Shown piece after piece: positions 26,422-35,348 of a stretch of DNA of 64,000 nucleotides (within the stretch, counting starts at the first letter, position 1; the number at the start of each line of letters is the position of its first letter). The notes beneath the pieces were generated by a model. That model did not search any database. It was not told the origin of the DNA and saw nothing but the letters and a program-made list of their open reading frames with translations. The translations under genes and the position numbers were made by a program. Source of the stretch: a virus; the IMG/VR virus record IMGVR_UViG_3300025018_000101, positions 64,001 through 128,000 of that record. One strand, given 5' to 3'.

Positions 26422-27107
26422 CAGGATGGACCCCGCCGCCATCGGACCCGTACGAGGAGGCGTACCGCCGGGCCGCTATAGAGGACTTCATGGTAGCGTC
26501 CCCCGGCCCCGCGCCTCCCCCGCGGCACCCGTCCGCCCGGGAGTCGGCCGATGAAGTCGTGGCTCCCGCCAGGCGGGTGATGCGAACCGTCAAGCTGCTC
26601 GGGAAGCTCGGGGAGCATGCGGGCGGGTTCTCGGGCGACGTGCAGTTTGACATGGACAGGGCGCACGAGTTGCTCCGGGAGTCCGGGTCTGGACCGTCCG
26701 TCAACTCGTGGCGCAACGACGAGAACTCTCCCGCGTTCACCCAGCGCATGGTGCCCGGTGACACGAGCTCGAACATGGACACGTCGAGGGCAGCCCGCAC
26801 CGCGATCTCGCAGGGGTTTGACCTCGACGCCGATGGCGTGGATGTCTCGAAGACGGCGAGCTGGCGCAGGGGGTACGCGGCCGCGATGGCGGTGGCGTTC
26901 GGCAAGCTGGCCGATACGATGTCGGACCCGCTACGTGCGGGCACCGACGACCTCCGCCGGGGCGACGGGAGTGAAGAGCCGCTCGTCCCGGACCGCCGTG
27001 TAGTGGCCAACCCCAACACGCGGATGAGCACGTCACAGGCCCTGCGCAGCATCGACAACACGCCCTCGTGCAGTGACGACCCTCCCATCGAAGAGCCACT
27101 GCCGTAG
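26418..27107 (+). CDS. Hypothetical protein with KxA motifs
   Basis: GAGGAGG RBS; GTGA overlap; KLG, KTA, KLA. Confidence 0.7.
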   Translation: MTGWTPPPSDPYEEAYRRAAIEDFMVASPGPAPPPRHPSARESADEVVAPARRVMRTVKLLGKLGEHAGGFSGDVQFDMDRAHELLRESGSGPSVNSWRNDENSPAFTQRMVPGDTSSNMDTSRAARTAISQGFDLDADGVDVSKTASWRRGYAAAMAVAFGKLADTMSDPLRAGTDDLRRGDGSEEPLVPDRRVVANPNTRMSTSQALRSIDNTPSCSDDPPIEEPLP

Positions 27108-27114
27108 GAGCACC

Positions 27115-28044
27115 ATGCCGACGCCCGCGATGGTACAGGTCATGCGCTACTCCGTGAACAGGGTGTACCTCCTGTGGACGGTGGTCGGCGTCACGCCGCA
27201 GACGCCCTCGACGACGTTCACCGTCCAGAGGTCACCTACGGGGCACTCAGACTGGGAGACGCTGGCGGAGGGCGTGGATGCCGCGCTCTGGATCGATGAG
27301 ATGGTCGGCGACATCAACATCCTCTCGGCATCCAGGTTCCTGGTCTACCGCGTGGGCCTTGAGGGCGCCGGGCCCGCAGCCGCGACCATCTGGAGCGCGC
27401 CCATGGACCTGACGTCGACGACACCACAGACGTGGGTGTCGAGCTCGACCGACGGTATTCAGATCGATGACGACACACAGGGCGAGCCGTCGCCGGAGGG
27501 TCCCTTCTACGCGCGTCCTGCGCGTGACGCGCGCATCGAACGCATCGCGGCCATTCGTGGCCGCAGGCACGCCTTCTACCTCGACAGGTACGTCGGGGAC
27601 CGCGTGGCGGTGCTCAAGCGCAAGCGCTTCGGGACGCGGTGCCCGGACTGCTACTCGCCCCACGCCAGGGTCGGCGTCATTGGCAAGTGCTGGACGTGTT
27701 ACGGCACGACGTGGACTGGCGGCTACCACACGCCTCTGATCACCGCAGCGCGCGTCCGCGAGCAGCCGGCCCAGCAGGCGCTGCAGCAGGACGGCGCGAT
27801 GAACGTCCGCCAGGCGCAAGTGTCGATGGTGGCGTTCCCCTGGCTCGAGGTGGATGACGTGGTCGTGGAACTCGAGACCGACAAGCGCTGGCGCGTCCTG
27901 GCGTCGGATGAGCGCGTCCTGCACAGCAGGCGCTACAAGCAGAGCCTGACCGTGCAGGAGATCCCTCGGAGCGCGGTGGAGTACAGGGTGCGCGCCCACG
28001 GCGACGGAGCAGGCATCCTCCTGTTGGACGGGGTGCTCCCATGA
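27115..28044 (+). CDS. Putative head-closure/neck protein with N-terminal FN3-like domain and CxxC...CxxC Zn finger
   Basis: AGGAG RBS; VYLLWT...FTVQRS...YRV; RCPDC...KCWTCYGTTWTGGY; DVVVELETDKRWRV. Confidence 0.55.
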   Translation: MPTPAMVQVMRYSVNRVYLLWTVVGVTPQTPSTTFTVQRSPTGHSDWETLAEGVDAALWIDEMVGDINILSASRFLVYRVGLEGAGPAAATIWSAPMDLTSTTPQTWVSSSTDGIQIDDDTQGEPSPEGPFYARPARDARIERIAAIRGRRHAFYLDRYVGDRVAVLKRKRFGTRCPDCYSPHARVGVIGKCWTCYGTTWTGGYHTPLITAARVREQPAQQALQQDGAMNVRQAQVSMVAFPWLEVDDVVVELETDKRWRVLASDERVLHSRRYKQSLTVQEIPRSAVEYRVRAHGDGAGILLLDGVLP

Positions 28045-29180
28045 CCGAGCCCTACATCCACAACCACAGCGCTCTCTGGCTCACCGGGGCCTTCGTGGCC
28101 TTCCTCAGGGAGCGCTTCTCGATCAAGAACGCCACGCCGTGGGTGGCCTTCGACGACCTCAACAACCCCGGCCAGGTGCTCACCGGCAGAGACGGACTGC
28201 CGTACGAGGCCATCCCGCTGTACATCATCACCGAGTTCGACTCCTCGACCGAGACCGACAACCTCTACCCTCGCATCGTCGTCACTGCGGGGCAGGACAT
28301 CGGAGGCCGGCACGAGGTGATCGGCGACCTGGGTGTGGCCGACTTCACGCCGTTCCGGACCGGAGAGCGGACGAAGTGGGGCACGTCGGAGCTGGACATC
28401 GAGTTCCACGTCTACGGGGAGGAGCTCGGCGAGGCCCGGTACATCTCCGAGATCGCAGGCAACGCGGTTCGGATGACGCAGCAGTCCATCACGGAGAAGT
28501 TCACGCTCCGGGACCTGACGCCCGTGGTGGTGCAGGCCCCGCGCCCGGACGCGATGGGCAAGTGGATGGGCGCGGTCAGCATGCGCCTCTTCAAGGAGGA
28601 CCGCTGGTTCACCATCCCTGACGCCAGTCGGCTCCAGAGGCTGGCGACGGTCATCGACATGGACAACGTCGTCGCTCAGACCAACGCGTCGCTGCGCGAG
28701 GTCGGGCGGGTCTCGGTAGGGTTCCCACGGTCCGCACCAGACGACCCAAGCTCCGGGGGAGGCGTCTACCCGCCGTCGTCTGCTGCGGCCGCCGCTGTCG
28801 ATACCCTCGACCTCGTCGCCGCGGTCGACATTGGGGCGGGGCGCCTCGTCGCCGTCGACGTGGCGGGCAAGGCGGCCCTGGCTTCAAACCTCGACGGCGA
28901 CAACCTGTGGCGTATCGTAGGGGTCGCCATCGACGCAGCCCTGCCCGGCCAGACGACGCGCGTTCACACGATGTTCTCCGCCGTACCTGTCACTTTCCAG
29001 GCCGCTCCGGCTCTCGGGACGGCCGGCAGCTACGTCTATGCGGACACGGATGGATTTGCTACATTGACCGCGCCATCCGACCCCGGGACGGTCGTCGTTC
29101 GCGTGGGTGTACTGCTCGACCCAGATGGTGCGGAGACCTCTCCGCGCGTGTTGTTCCAGCCCCTGGTGCCGTTGACATGA
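28041..29180 (+). CDS. Putative tail completion/terminator protein with extra C-terminal cement-like beta domain
   Basis: Located before the sheath; YPRIVV...DIEFHVYG...EARYISEI; C-terminal AAVDIGAGRLVAV...IVGVAIDAALPG. Confidence 0.5.
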   Translation: MTEPYIHNHSALWLTGAFVAFLRERFSIKNATPWVAFDDLNNPGQVLTGRDGLPYEAIPLYIITEFDSSTETDNLYPRIVVTAGQDIGGRHEVIGDLGVADFTPFRTGERTKWGTSELDIEFHVYGEELGEARYISEIAGNAVRMTQQSITEKFTLRDLTPVVVQAPRPDAMGKWMGAVSMRLFKEDRWFTIPDASRLQRLATVIDMDNVVAQTNASLREVGRVSVGFPRSAPDDPSSGGGVYPPSSAAAAAVDTLDLVAAVDIGAGRLVAVDVAGKAALASNLDGDNLWRIVGVAIDAALPGQTTRVHTMFSAVPVTFQAAPALGTAGSYVYADTDGFATLTAPSDPGTVVVRVGVLLDPDGAETSPRVLFQPLVPLT

Positions 29181-29236
29181 CGCGCAGGGCCTGAGTCTGA
29201 AGAAGCACCGACCTCGCGAGGGCGTCTCCTGCCTTG

Positions 29237-29265
29237 TTGCACCCGCAGCGGCTATGGCGTATCCT
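29237..29265 (+). promoter_or_regulatory. Sigma70-like promoter TTGCAC-N17-TATCCT
   Basis: Intergenic, about 40 nt upstream of the sheath ATG. Confidence 0.6.
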
Positions 29266-29306
29266 CCTGCGAGGAGCCGTAGACCGCCCACGAGGAGTCA
29301 TTCGCC

Positions 29307-32216
29307 ATGGCCATCACACGTCCCAAGGTCCGAGTGTTCGAGGCGTTCGCCGCGACGACCCCCATCGTGGCAACGCCCACCCTGGCGGCCTTCCTGGTTG
29401 GCCCTGCCTACCACATCGCCGACTACGACAACGCCGACCTCCAGGCGTCGTTGTTGATCGGCACGTACGGGGACGCCTCGGCGGCCAGCGACGGCGCTCA
29501 GAACGGCCGCCCCCTGCCGGCGTCCACCGCGATCACCGTGGCCGACCCGCCCGCCAACGCCATCGGAGCGCTGCTCGACGCCGCCAGCGTGCAGATCGTC
29601 CTCGAGGACCCGATGGTCGAGCTCGACACGGGAACCGACGGTGTCCGGACGAACACGTCCCCTGACGAGGACCTCTTGACGTGCGCCTCGGCGACCTTCG
29701 TCACGACCGGCGTCCTCGCTGGCGACCGCGTCGTCCTCACCGACGACGCCGGTGACACCGTCGTGAAGTTCGTCAACACGGTCGTCTCCGAGACCTCGAT
29801 TCGCCTGCGGTCGAACCTGCTCTCGTCCGAGCTCTCCGGCTCGCTGACGGGCATCTTCTGGCGCATCGAGCGCGCGGTCGCCACCGACGTGGCCCCGGAC
29901 AGCTTCGTGGGCGTGTCCGGCCAGACGGTCTACCTGTACGGCGGCCTGACGCTGAGCGTGGACGTGAACGGCGACGGCGTGGACGAGACGGTGTTCGTGG
30001 CCTCGGCTTCGGCCTACGTCCAGTACCGGTCGCTGCGCCAGGACCTGGCGGATGTCAACGAGGTCTCCTCGGTGGGCGACATCCTCGCCAACGTCGGCAA
30101 CATTGATGAGCGGAATCCCATGGCAGTGGCGCTGTCCATCGCGCTGGCCAACTCCGGCACGACGGTGAAGTACTACGGCAGCACGTCGGACACGGGGGTG
30201 GGCGCCGAGAGCCTCCTCACGGCGCACACGCAGGCCAAGGACGCGATCGAGAGCCGGGACGACATCTACGCCATCGTGCCACTGACGGGCGACCTGTCGG
30301 TGCTGGGTATGTGGAAGACCTCCGTACTGTCCCAGTCGGACCCTGACCAGAGCAACTTCCGCGTCCTCATCGGTTCGGCCGAGGAGCTCCCGACGGACCT
30401 TGAGGTGGCCGCGTCGTCGGCCACGGGTTTCGCCGAGGCCTACGGCGACGCGACCATCTTCGCTGCCACCGGTGCGGACTTCGAGACCTCGGGCGTGGCG
30501 GTGGGCGACGTCCTCGTGCTTCTTGAGAACCTGGCGGCCGACGTGGTCCTGGCCCCGGACGGCTACGAGCAGCACACGGTGGCCTCGGTCGTCCGCGGCA
30601 CGACGCTGCGCCTGCTCGCCGACGCTGGGCACACCGACATCCTGTCGACCCTGTACTACGTCCGCAAGCCTGCGCCTGCGACGCTGCTGAGCCTGGCTGC
30701 CTGCTACCTCGTCGAGGCGGCGGGCAACCTCGTGGTCCTCGGCATGGACAACGCCGTCTCGAGCCCCGACAGTTACGTCGGGCAGTACTTCACCTTCACG
30801 GGCGGCACGTTGGACACGTGGGACGGCGACTACCTGATCGTCGACGTCCAGGACGAGGTCGCTGCTTCCGTGACCTTCCTCAGCGGTGGGGCTGCGGAGA
30901 ATATCACGGCGACGGCCGTGACGGGTCAGGGTCTGGACGGTCTCGGCCTGTCGCTGGTGATCGACGCCACGGACCCGGACAAGGCTGCGGCCGCGGTCTC
31001 CGTGCTCGGCGACGTCGTCACGGTGGAGTGCGAGACCGCTGGCGGGGCTATCCTGACCACGGCGGACGAGCTCGTCACGCTGATCTCCGGCACTCCCCTG
31101 GCCGCGGCCCGCATGGTCATCACGACCGCGTCCGTGGGGACCCTCGCCGCGGGGGCCAACTCGCTCATCGGCGGCGCCAGTCCGGGCTTCACCGCGGTCG
31201 GCGTCACGGACGGACCGCTCGCCTCCGTCCCCCAGGAGGGCTCGGCGGTCATCAAGCGCACCGTGACGTCGGTCGTCGCGGACACGGTCACGGCCTTCCG
31301 GCCTCCGTATCGTCGCCTGCTCGACAACTCGGCCGCCTTCCAGTCCGGCGCCATCCCGGTCCAGGTCGGCGACCGCGTGGCGGTTCCTGCGGACGACACG
31401 TCGGACACCGTGCAGGTGGAGTCCATCATCTCGGACAACCGCCTGCTGTTGGACGCGTCCGATGAACTGCCGGTGGCGAGCCCGATGAGCATCACGACGC
31501 CTCAGGCCCTCGCGAGCTACAACGTGCTTCGCGCGCTGAGCAAGTCGCAGCAGGTGGACGCGGTCGCCGCGATCCCGGTCGACTTCTCGAGTCACCGCGC
31601 GGTGCTGATCTGGCCCCCGCTGGTGGACCTGGACGGTGTGACGAACGCCCGCACGGCCGAGGCGACGCCTCAGCCGGCGTTCTACCTCGCGGCCGCTGTG
31701 GGTGGCCTGGTGCAGGGCTTGCCGAGCCAGAAGCCGCTCACCTCGCTGGGGGTGAGCGGCATCTCGAAGCTGTACTACAGCAACTTCTACTTCAGTCGGA
31801 CGCAGATCGACACGATCCTGGCCGCGGGCTGGATGGTGTTCCAGCAGCGGACGGCGGCGGGTCAGCCGTACATCCTCCGCCAGGTCACCACCGACGTGTC
31901 CACGCTCGAGGCGGCCGAACTCTCGGTGGTCAAGAACTACGACTTCGTCGCGCTGGCCTACAAGGAGGGGCTCGACAAGTTCAAGGGCGGCCACAACATC
32001 GTGCCGGACACGCTGTCCCAGATCCGCACGGAACTGATCGCGATCAGCAGGGCGCTGACCCGGGCGCGGCTCCCGAAGATCGGAGCTCCTCTCCTGGATG
32101 CGTCCGACCCCGAGGTTTCGCGCACCGAGGGCGTCGGCGACCGCGTGGACGTCCGCATCCCCGTCACGCTGCCCTACCCGTTGAACCAGATCGACCTGTA
32201 CCTCTCGGCGTCGTAA
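29307..32216 (+). CDS. Contractile tail sheath protein (969 aa)
   Basis: C-terminal sheath signature ILRQVTTDVSTLEAAELSVVKNYDFV...VDVRIPVTLPYPLNQIDLYL; FYLAAAVGGL. Confidence 0.88.
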   Translation: MAITRPKVRVFEAFAATTPIVATPTLAAFLVGPAYHIADYDNADLQASLLIGTYGDASAASDGAQNGRPLPASTAITVADPPANAIGALLDAASVQIVLEDPMVELDTGTDGVRTNTSPDEDLLTCASATFVTTGVLAGDRVVLTDDAGDTVVKFVNTVVSETSIRLRSNLLSSELSGSLTGIFWRIERAVATDVAPDSFVGVSGQTVYLYGGLTLSVDVNGDGVDETVFVASASAYVQYRSLRQDLADVNEVSSVGDILANVGNIDERNPMAVALSIALANSGTTVKYYGSTSDTGVGAESLLTAHTQAKDAIESRDDIYAIVPLTGDLSVLGMWKTSVLSQSDPDQSNFRVLIGSAEELPTDLEVAASSATGFAEAYGDATIFAATGADFETSGVAVGDVLVLLENLAADVVLAPDGYEQHTVASVVRGTTLRLLADAGHTDILSTLYYVRKPAPATLLSLAACYLVEAAGNLVVLGMDNAVSSPDSYVGQYFTFTGGTLDTWDGDYLIVDVQDEVAASVTFLSGGAAENITATAVTGQGLDGLGLSLVIDATDPDKAAAAVSVLGDVVTVECETAGGAILTTADELVTLISGTPLAAARMVITTASVGTLAAGANSLIGGASPGFTAVGVTDGPLASVPQEGSAVIKRTVTSVVADTVTAFRPPYRRLLDNSAAFQSGAIPVQVGDRVAVPADDTSDTVQVESIISDNRLLLDASDELPVASPMSITTPQALASYNVLRALSKSQQVDAVAAIPVDFSSHRAVLIWPPLVDLDGVTNARTAEATPQPAFYLAAAVGGLVQGLPSQKPLTSLGVSGISKLYYSNFYFSRTQIDTILAAGWMVFQQRTAAGQPYILRQVTTDVSTLEAAELSVVKNYDFVALAYKEGLDKFKGGHNIVPDTLSQIRTELIAISRALTRARLPKIGAPLLDASDPEVSRTEGVGDRVDVRIPVTLPYPLNQIDLYLSAS

Positions 32217-32267
32217 CCCCGGCCGTCACACGACGACCCTTGAACTGGAAACCCCCAAGGAGTTCAC

Positions 32268-32942
32268 ATGAACCAGACCGACCACATTCTCAAGATCGCC
32301 TCGGGTATCGGCGTCCTCGACACCCTCGACCGCCGCGGCATCTCCGTCGCGTCGTTCGCCAAGACGGCCGCCTACCATCGCCATCCTGTGCTGACCGCCC
32401 TGGCCGACGACATGGCGTATGCCCTCGAGGCGGCCGAGCGTGACGGCGCCACCACCACCAAGGTGGCGCAGGTCATCAACTACAAGTACGCCAACGCTGC
32501 GGCCGAGGGCGCCGAGGAGGCTGCCGCGGCCGCCCCCGGGATGATCCGCCGGGGAATCAACGCGGTCAAGGGCCTGGGCTACTCCATCGCGGAGAACAAT
32601 CCAGCGGCAGGTCTGGCGGCGGGGGTGGGCCGCATCCAGGGCGGCTTGAGTGGCGCCAGGGACGACCTCGCCGCGGGCATGGACATCGGCCGCTTCCGCC
32701 GGGCGGGGAACGGCATCCAGATGCCTTCCACGCCGCAGGATACGGGCCTCCTGATGGTCGGCGCCGATGGCGTGGTGCCCGCCGACCCCCTGGGCGACAA
32801 CAGGGTTCGGCGTCTCGGCGCGTTCCTGGGGGCCAACCCCCGCTCTTCGGCCGCGGCCATGATGGGCGTCCCCGCCGCGGGTCTCGCGGCCGCTGGCGGC
32901 GTCGGCTACGGCGGCTACCAGTACGCCAACCGCGACAGGTAG
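32268..32942 (+). CDS. KxA-motif protein with C-terminal Gly/Ala hydrophobic segment
   Basis: AAGGAG RBS; KIA, KTA, KVA, KYA. Confidence 0.8.
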   Translation: MNQTDHILKIASGIGVLDTLDRRGISVASFAKTAAYHRHPVLTALADDMAYALEAAERDGATTTKVAQVINYKYANAAAEGAEEAAAAAPGMIRRGINAVKGLGYSIAENNPAAGLAAGVGRIQGGLSGARDDLAAGMDIGRFRRAGNGIQMPSTPQDTGLLMVGADGVVPADPLGDNRVRRLGAFLGANPRSSAAAMMGVPAAGLAAAGGVGYGGYQYANRDR

Positions 32943-33020
32943 CCCACTCGGGCTCGGCTCCTCGGGCGTCAGCCACGTGGCTGGCGCCCCCGTCCCGCTC
33001 TGAAACTCCTGGAGGCGCAC

Positions 33021-33737
33021 ATGGCCAACTCCGTCACACAGTCGCTGAACACCTGGAACGCCCAGGAGAACTACGTCGAGCGGATGATGGACGACGGCGC
33101 GTTCACCGCCGCCCATCCCGACGACACGCTCGTGATGGCGGGGCCGGTCCGCTACCAGCCGCAGCTCGGCGAGGCGTTCCTCGATACGCTGTTGCCGCTG
33201 GGCATGATCATGAACTTCGGCTACCAGGCGGGGGTGCCCTCTCAGCCCATCCAGGCGCTCGGCACGGGGAGAGCGTTCGGTGTGCGCGGCAAGGCGAGCT
33301 ACTCATGGTCGTGTGGTCGCCTCGTCGTGCAGGGACGAAACTTCCTCCGCGCCATCCACACGGCGGCGGTTCGTGCCAACATCGACGTCTCCAAGTTCGA
33401 GGACCCTGCGGCCACGAATCAGACGTCGACGTTCTTCATGAACCTGGACTCGGAGCTCTTCTACATCCCCTTCGGGCTGTACGTGGTCATCTCCGACAAG
33501 AGCCGCACGGTGCAGGCCGCGATGGCGCTCGAGCACTGCCACATCACGGGCTACTCGCTGTCGATCAGCGCGGGCCAGGCGATGATCATGGACAACGTCT
33601 CCGGGTGGTGTGACCGTGTGCTGCCCCTGCCTGTCGAGACGATCTTCCGCACTGAGGGCGCTCCCACGGTGGAGACGGTCCGTTCGGACGTGCTCGGCAT
33701 GCCGGCCATCACCGCGCCGGACCTGACCACGAAGTAA
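33021..33737 (+). CDS. Tail tube protein
   Basis: GGAGG RBS; QPIQALGTGRAF...LEHCHITGYSLSISAGQAMIMDNVSGWCDRVLP; follows the sheath. Confidence 0.75.
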   Translation: MANSVTQSLNTWNAQENYVERMMDDGAFTAAHPDDTLVMAGPVRYQPQLGEAFLDTLLPLGMIMNFGYQAGVPSQPIQALGTGRAFGVRGKASYSWSCGRLVVQGRNFLRAIHTAAVRANIDVSKFEDPAATNQTSTFFMNLDSELFYIPFGLYVVISDKSRTVQAAMALEHCHITGYSLSISAGQAMIMDNVSGWCDRVLPLPVETIFRTEGAPTVETVRSDVLGMPAITAPDLTTK

Positions 33738-33747
33738 GGAGCTCCCC

Positions 33748-35214
33748 GTGCGTCACCGAGACCGCGCCCGCCTCACGGCCCTCGGGCCCAACAACGGGGA
33801 CTGGCGGCTCCGGACGCAGCTCGGGGACGCCCTCTACCCGACGTGGGAGTCGTTCTCCCCGAACGAGGTCGGCTGGATCTTCTCCGTGTCGACCCCTCGT
33901 GGGTCGTGCGACGTCAAGACCGCCAGCGGCCGCATACACACCGACCTGCCGTGGCCCTCGGCCGGCGGCCCCGGCGAGGTGCTCGTACCCCACACGGGGC
34001 AGCGGGTCGAGGTCCGCTATGACCTCGGCAGTCCGCCTGTACTCTCGCCTGCGCCTGGCAACCTGGCCTCGGGCCGGTCGTCGTCCCGCAACCTCGCCAA
34101 CGAGCCCAACGCGCACGAGTCGGCTGCCGGCCCCACCTTCGCCCAGCGCATCCCCTTCGGACTGTCGGAGGGGGACTGGGTGCGTGTCTCCAGCCATGGT
34201 GGCGTCCTGGCGCTGATGGACGACGGCACGGCGCTGATGCGCGCCTCGGAGTTGGCGCAGGTCGTGGTGGTCCCTATGGCCGACCTGACGCGCATCGTAG
34301 GCCGCCAACTCCAGCTCCAGTCAGGCGCAGGTCAGGTGGAGTTTGCCACCGAGGACGGAAAGTCCAACCTCCGGATCGACCTGGGCGTGGACGAGTCGAC
34401 CGAGACGCATCCGCTGAAGGAGAAGTGGAGGGTGAGGTGCCGGGTCGGCGAGGAGGGTGACATCGTGGACGTCCGCATCACGGACCCGTCGGGGGGCACG
34501 GTGTACAGGCACCACGTGGGTCCTGCGGGCGACGTGGATGTGGAGGCTGCGACGATGGCGTTCGACGTCCTCGAGTCCGTGGTCTTCAGGACGGGGGACC
34601 GCTTCGATGTGGTGGCGGGCAAGGGCATGACGCTGCAGACGGACGGCGTGATGCGCATGAGCAACGGAGGGACGCGGGTGCAGTCGAGGGGCTCGTCGTC
34701 CCTGCACGCGGTCGGCGACCTGTCGTTGCGGGCTGCTGCGGGCGCGCTGACGCTCGGAGGTACGAGCGGCCTCATCGCCCAGTTCCAGGGCCCTGGCATC
34801 CCGAACCCACTGACCGAGGCTGCGAGCTTCACGGTGGCGAACGGGAGCGTGGTGTGGGACGTGGGCTTCGCCACGGACACGGACATCCAGACGGCGCTGT
34901 CGGGGTTCCGGGTGAACGTCGGGAGCGTCGGTGGCGACATACGCCTCGACTCCTTGTTCGGCCACGTCAGCATCAACTCCCCGTTGCCTGGGGGGATCAA
35001 GATCGGAGGTCCGGCCCTCCCACACCCCGCCCCGGGCTGGTCGCCCTCGCCGCTGTCGTCGCCACCCGTGCTCTCGGTGCCGTTCCTGGTGTGGGCGGCC
35101 GCCGTCAGCGCCATCCTGGAGACCAAGACCGGCGGCGTCCCTGGGGCCACGGTGCAGCCTCTCGCGGCGTTGATCGCGGCCGCCCCCAGCAAGTTCGTCA
35201 TCCTCGGAGGGTAG
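33748..35214 (+). CDS. Baseplate central spike (gp5/gpV-like)
   Basis: N-terminal OB-like region (VPHTGQRVEV) followed by beta-strand repeats; AAGGAG RBS. Confidence 0.6.
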   Translation: MRHRDRARLTALGPNNGDWRLRTQLGDALYPTWESFSPNEVGWIFSVSTPRGSCDVKTASGRIHTDLPWPSAGGPGEVLVPHTGQRVEVRYDLGSPPVLSPAPGNLASGRSSSRNLANEPNAHESAAGPTFAQRIPFGLSEGDWVRVSSHGGVLALMDDGTALMRASELAQVVVVPMADLTRIVGRQLQLQSGAGQVEFATEDGKSNLRIDLGVDESTETHPLKEKWRVRCRVGEEGDIVDVRITDPSGGTVYRHHVGPAGDVDVEAATMAFDVLESVVFRTGDRFDVVAGKGMTLQTDGVMRMSNGGTRVQSRGSSSLHAVGDLSLRAAAGALTLGGTSGLIAQFQGPGIPNPLTEAASFTVANGSVVWDVGFATDTDIQTALSGFRVNVGSVGGDIRLDSLFGHVSINSPLPGGIKIGGPALPHPAPGWSPSPLSSPPVLSVPFLVWAAAVSAILETKTGGVPGATVQPLAALIAAAPSKFVILGG

Positions 35215-35348
35215 GACTGTGGCAAACAAGCCCGGTGGTCTGTTACAGTCGGTCCAGGGTCTCCTGAGAGCGCATGTACGCCGCAAGCTGGCGTACCTCG
35301 CCAGGGACGCGCACTTTCTGGCCAACCAGGCGGACAAGCGGAGGAGCC

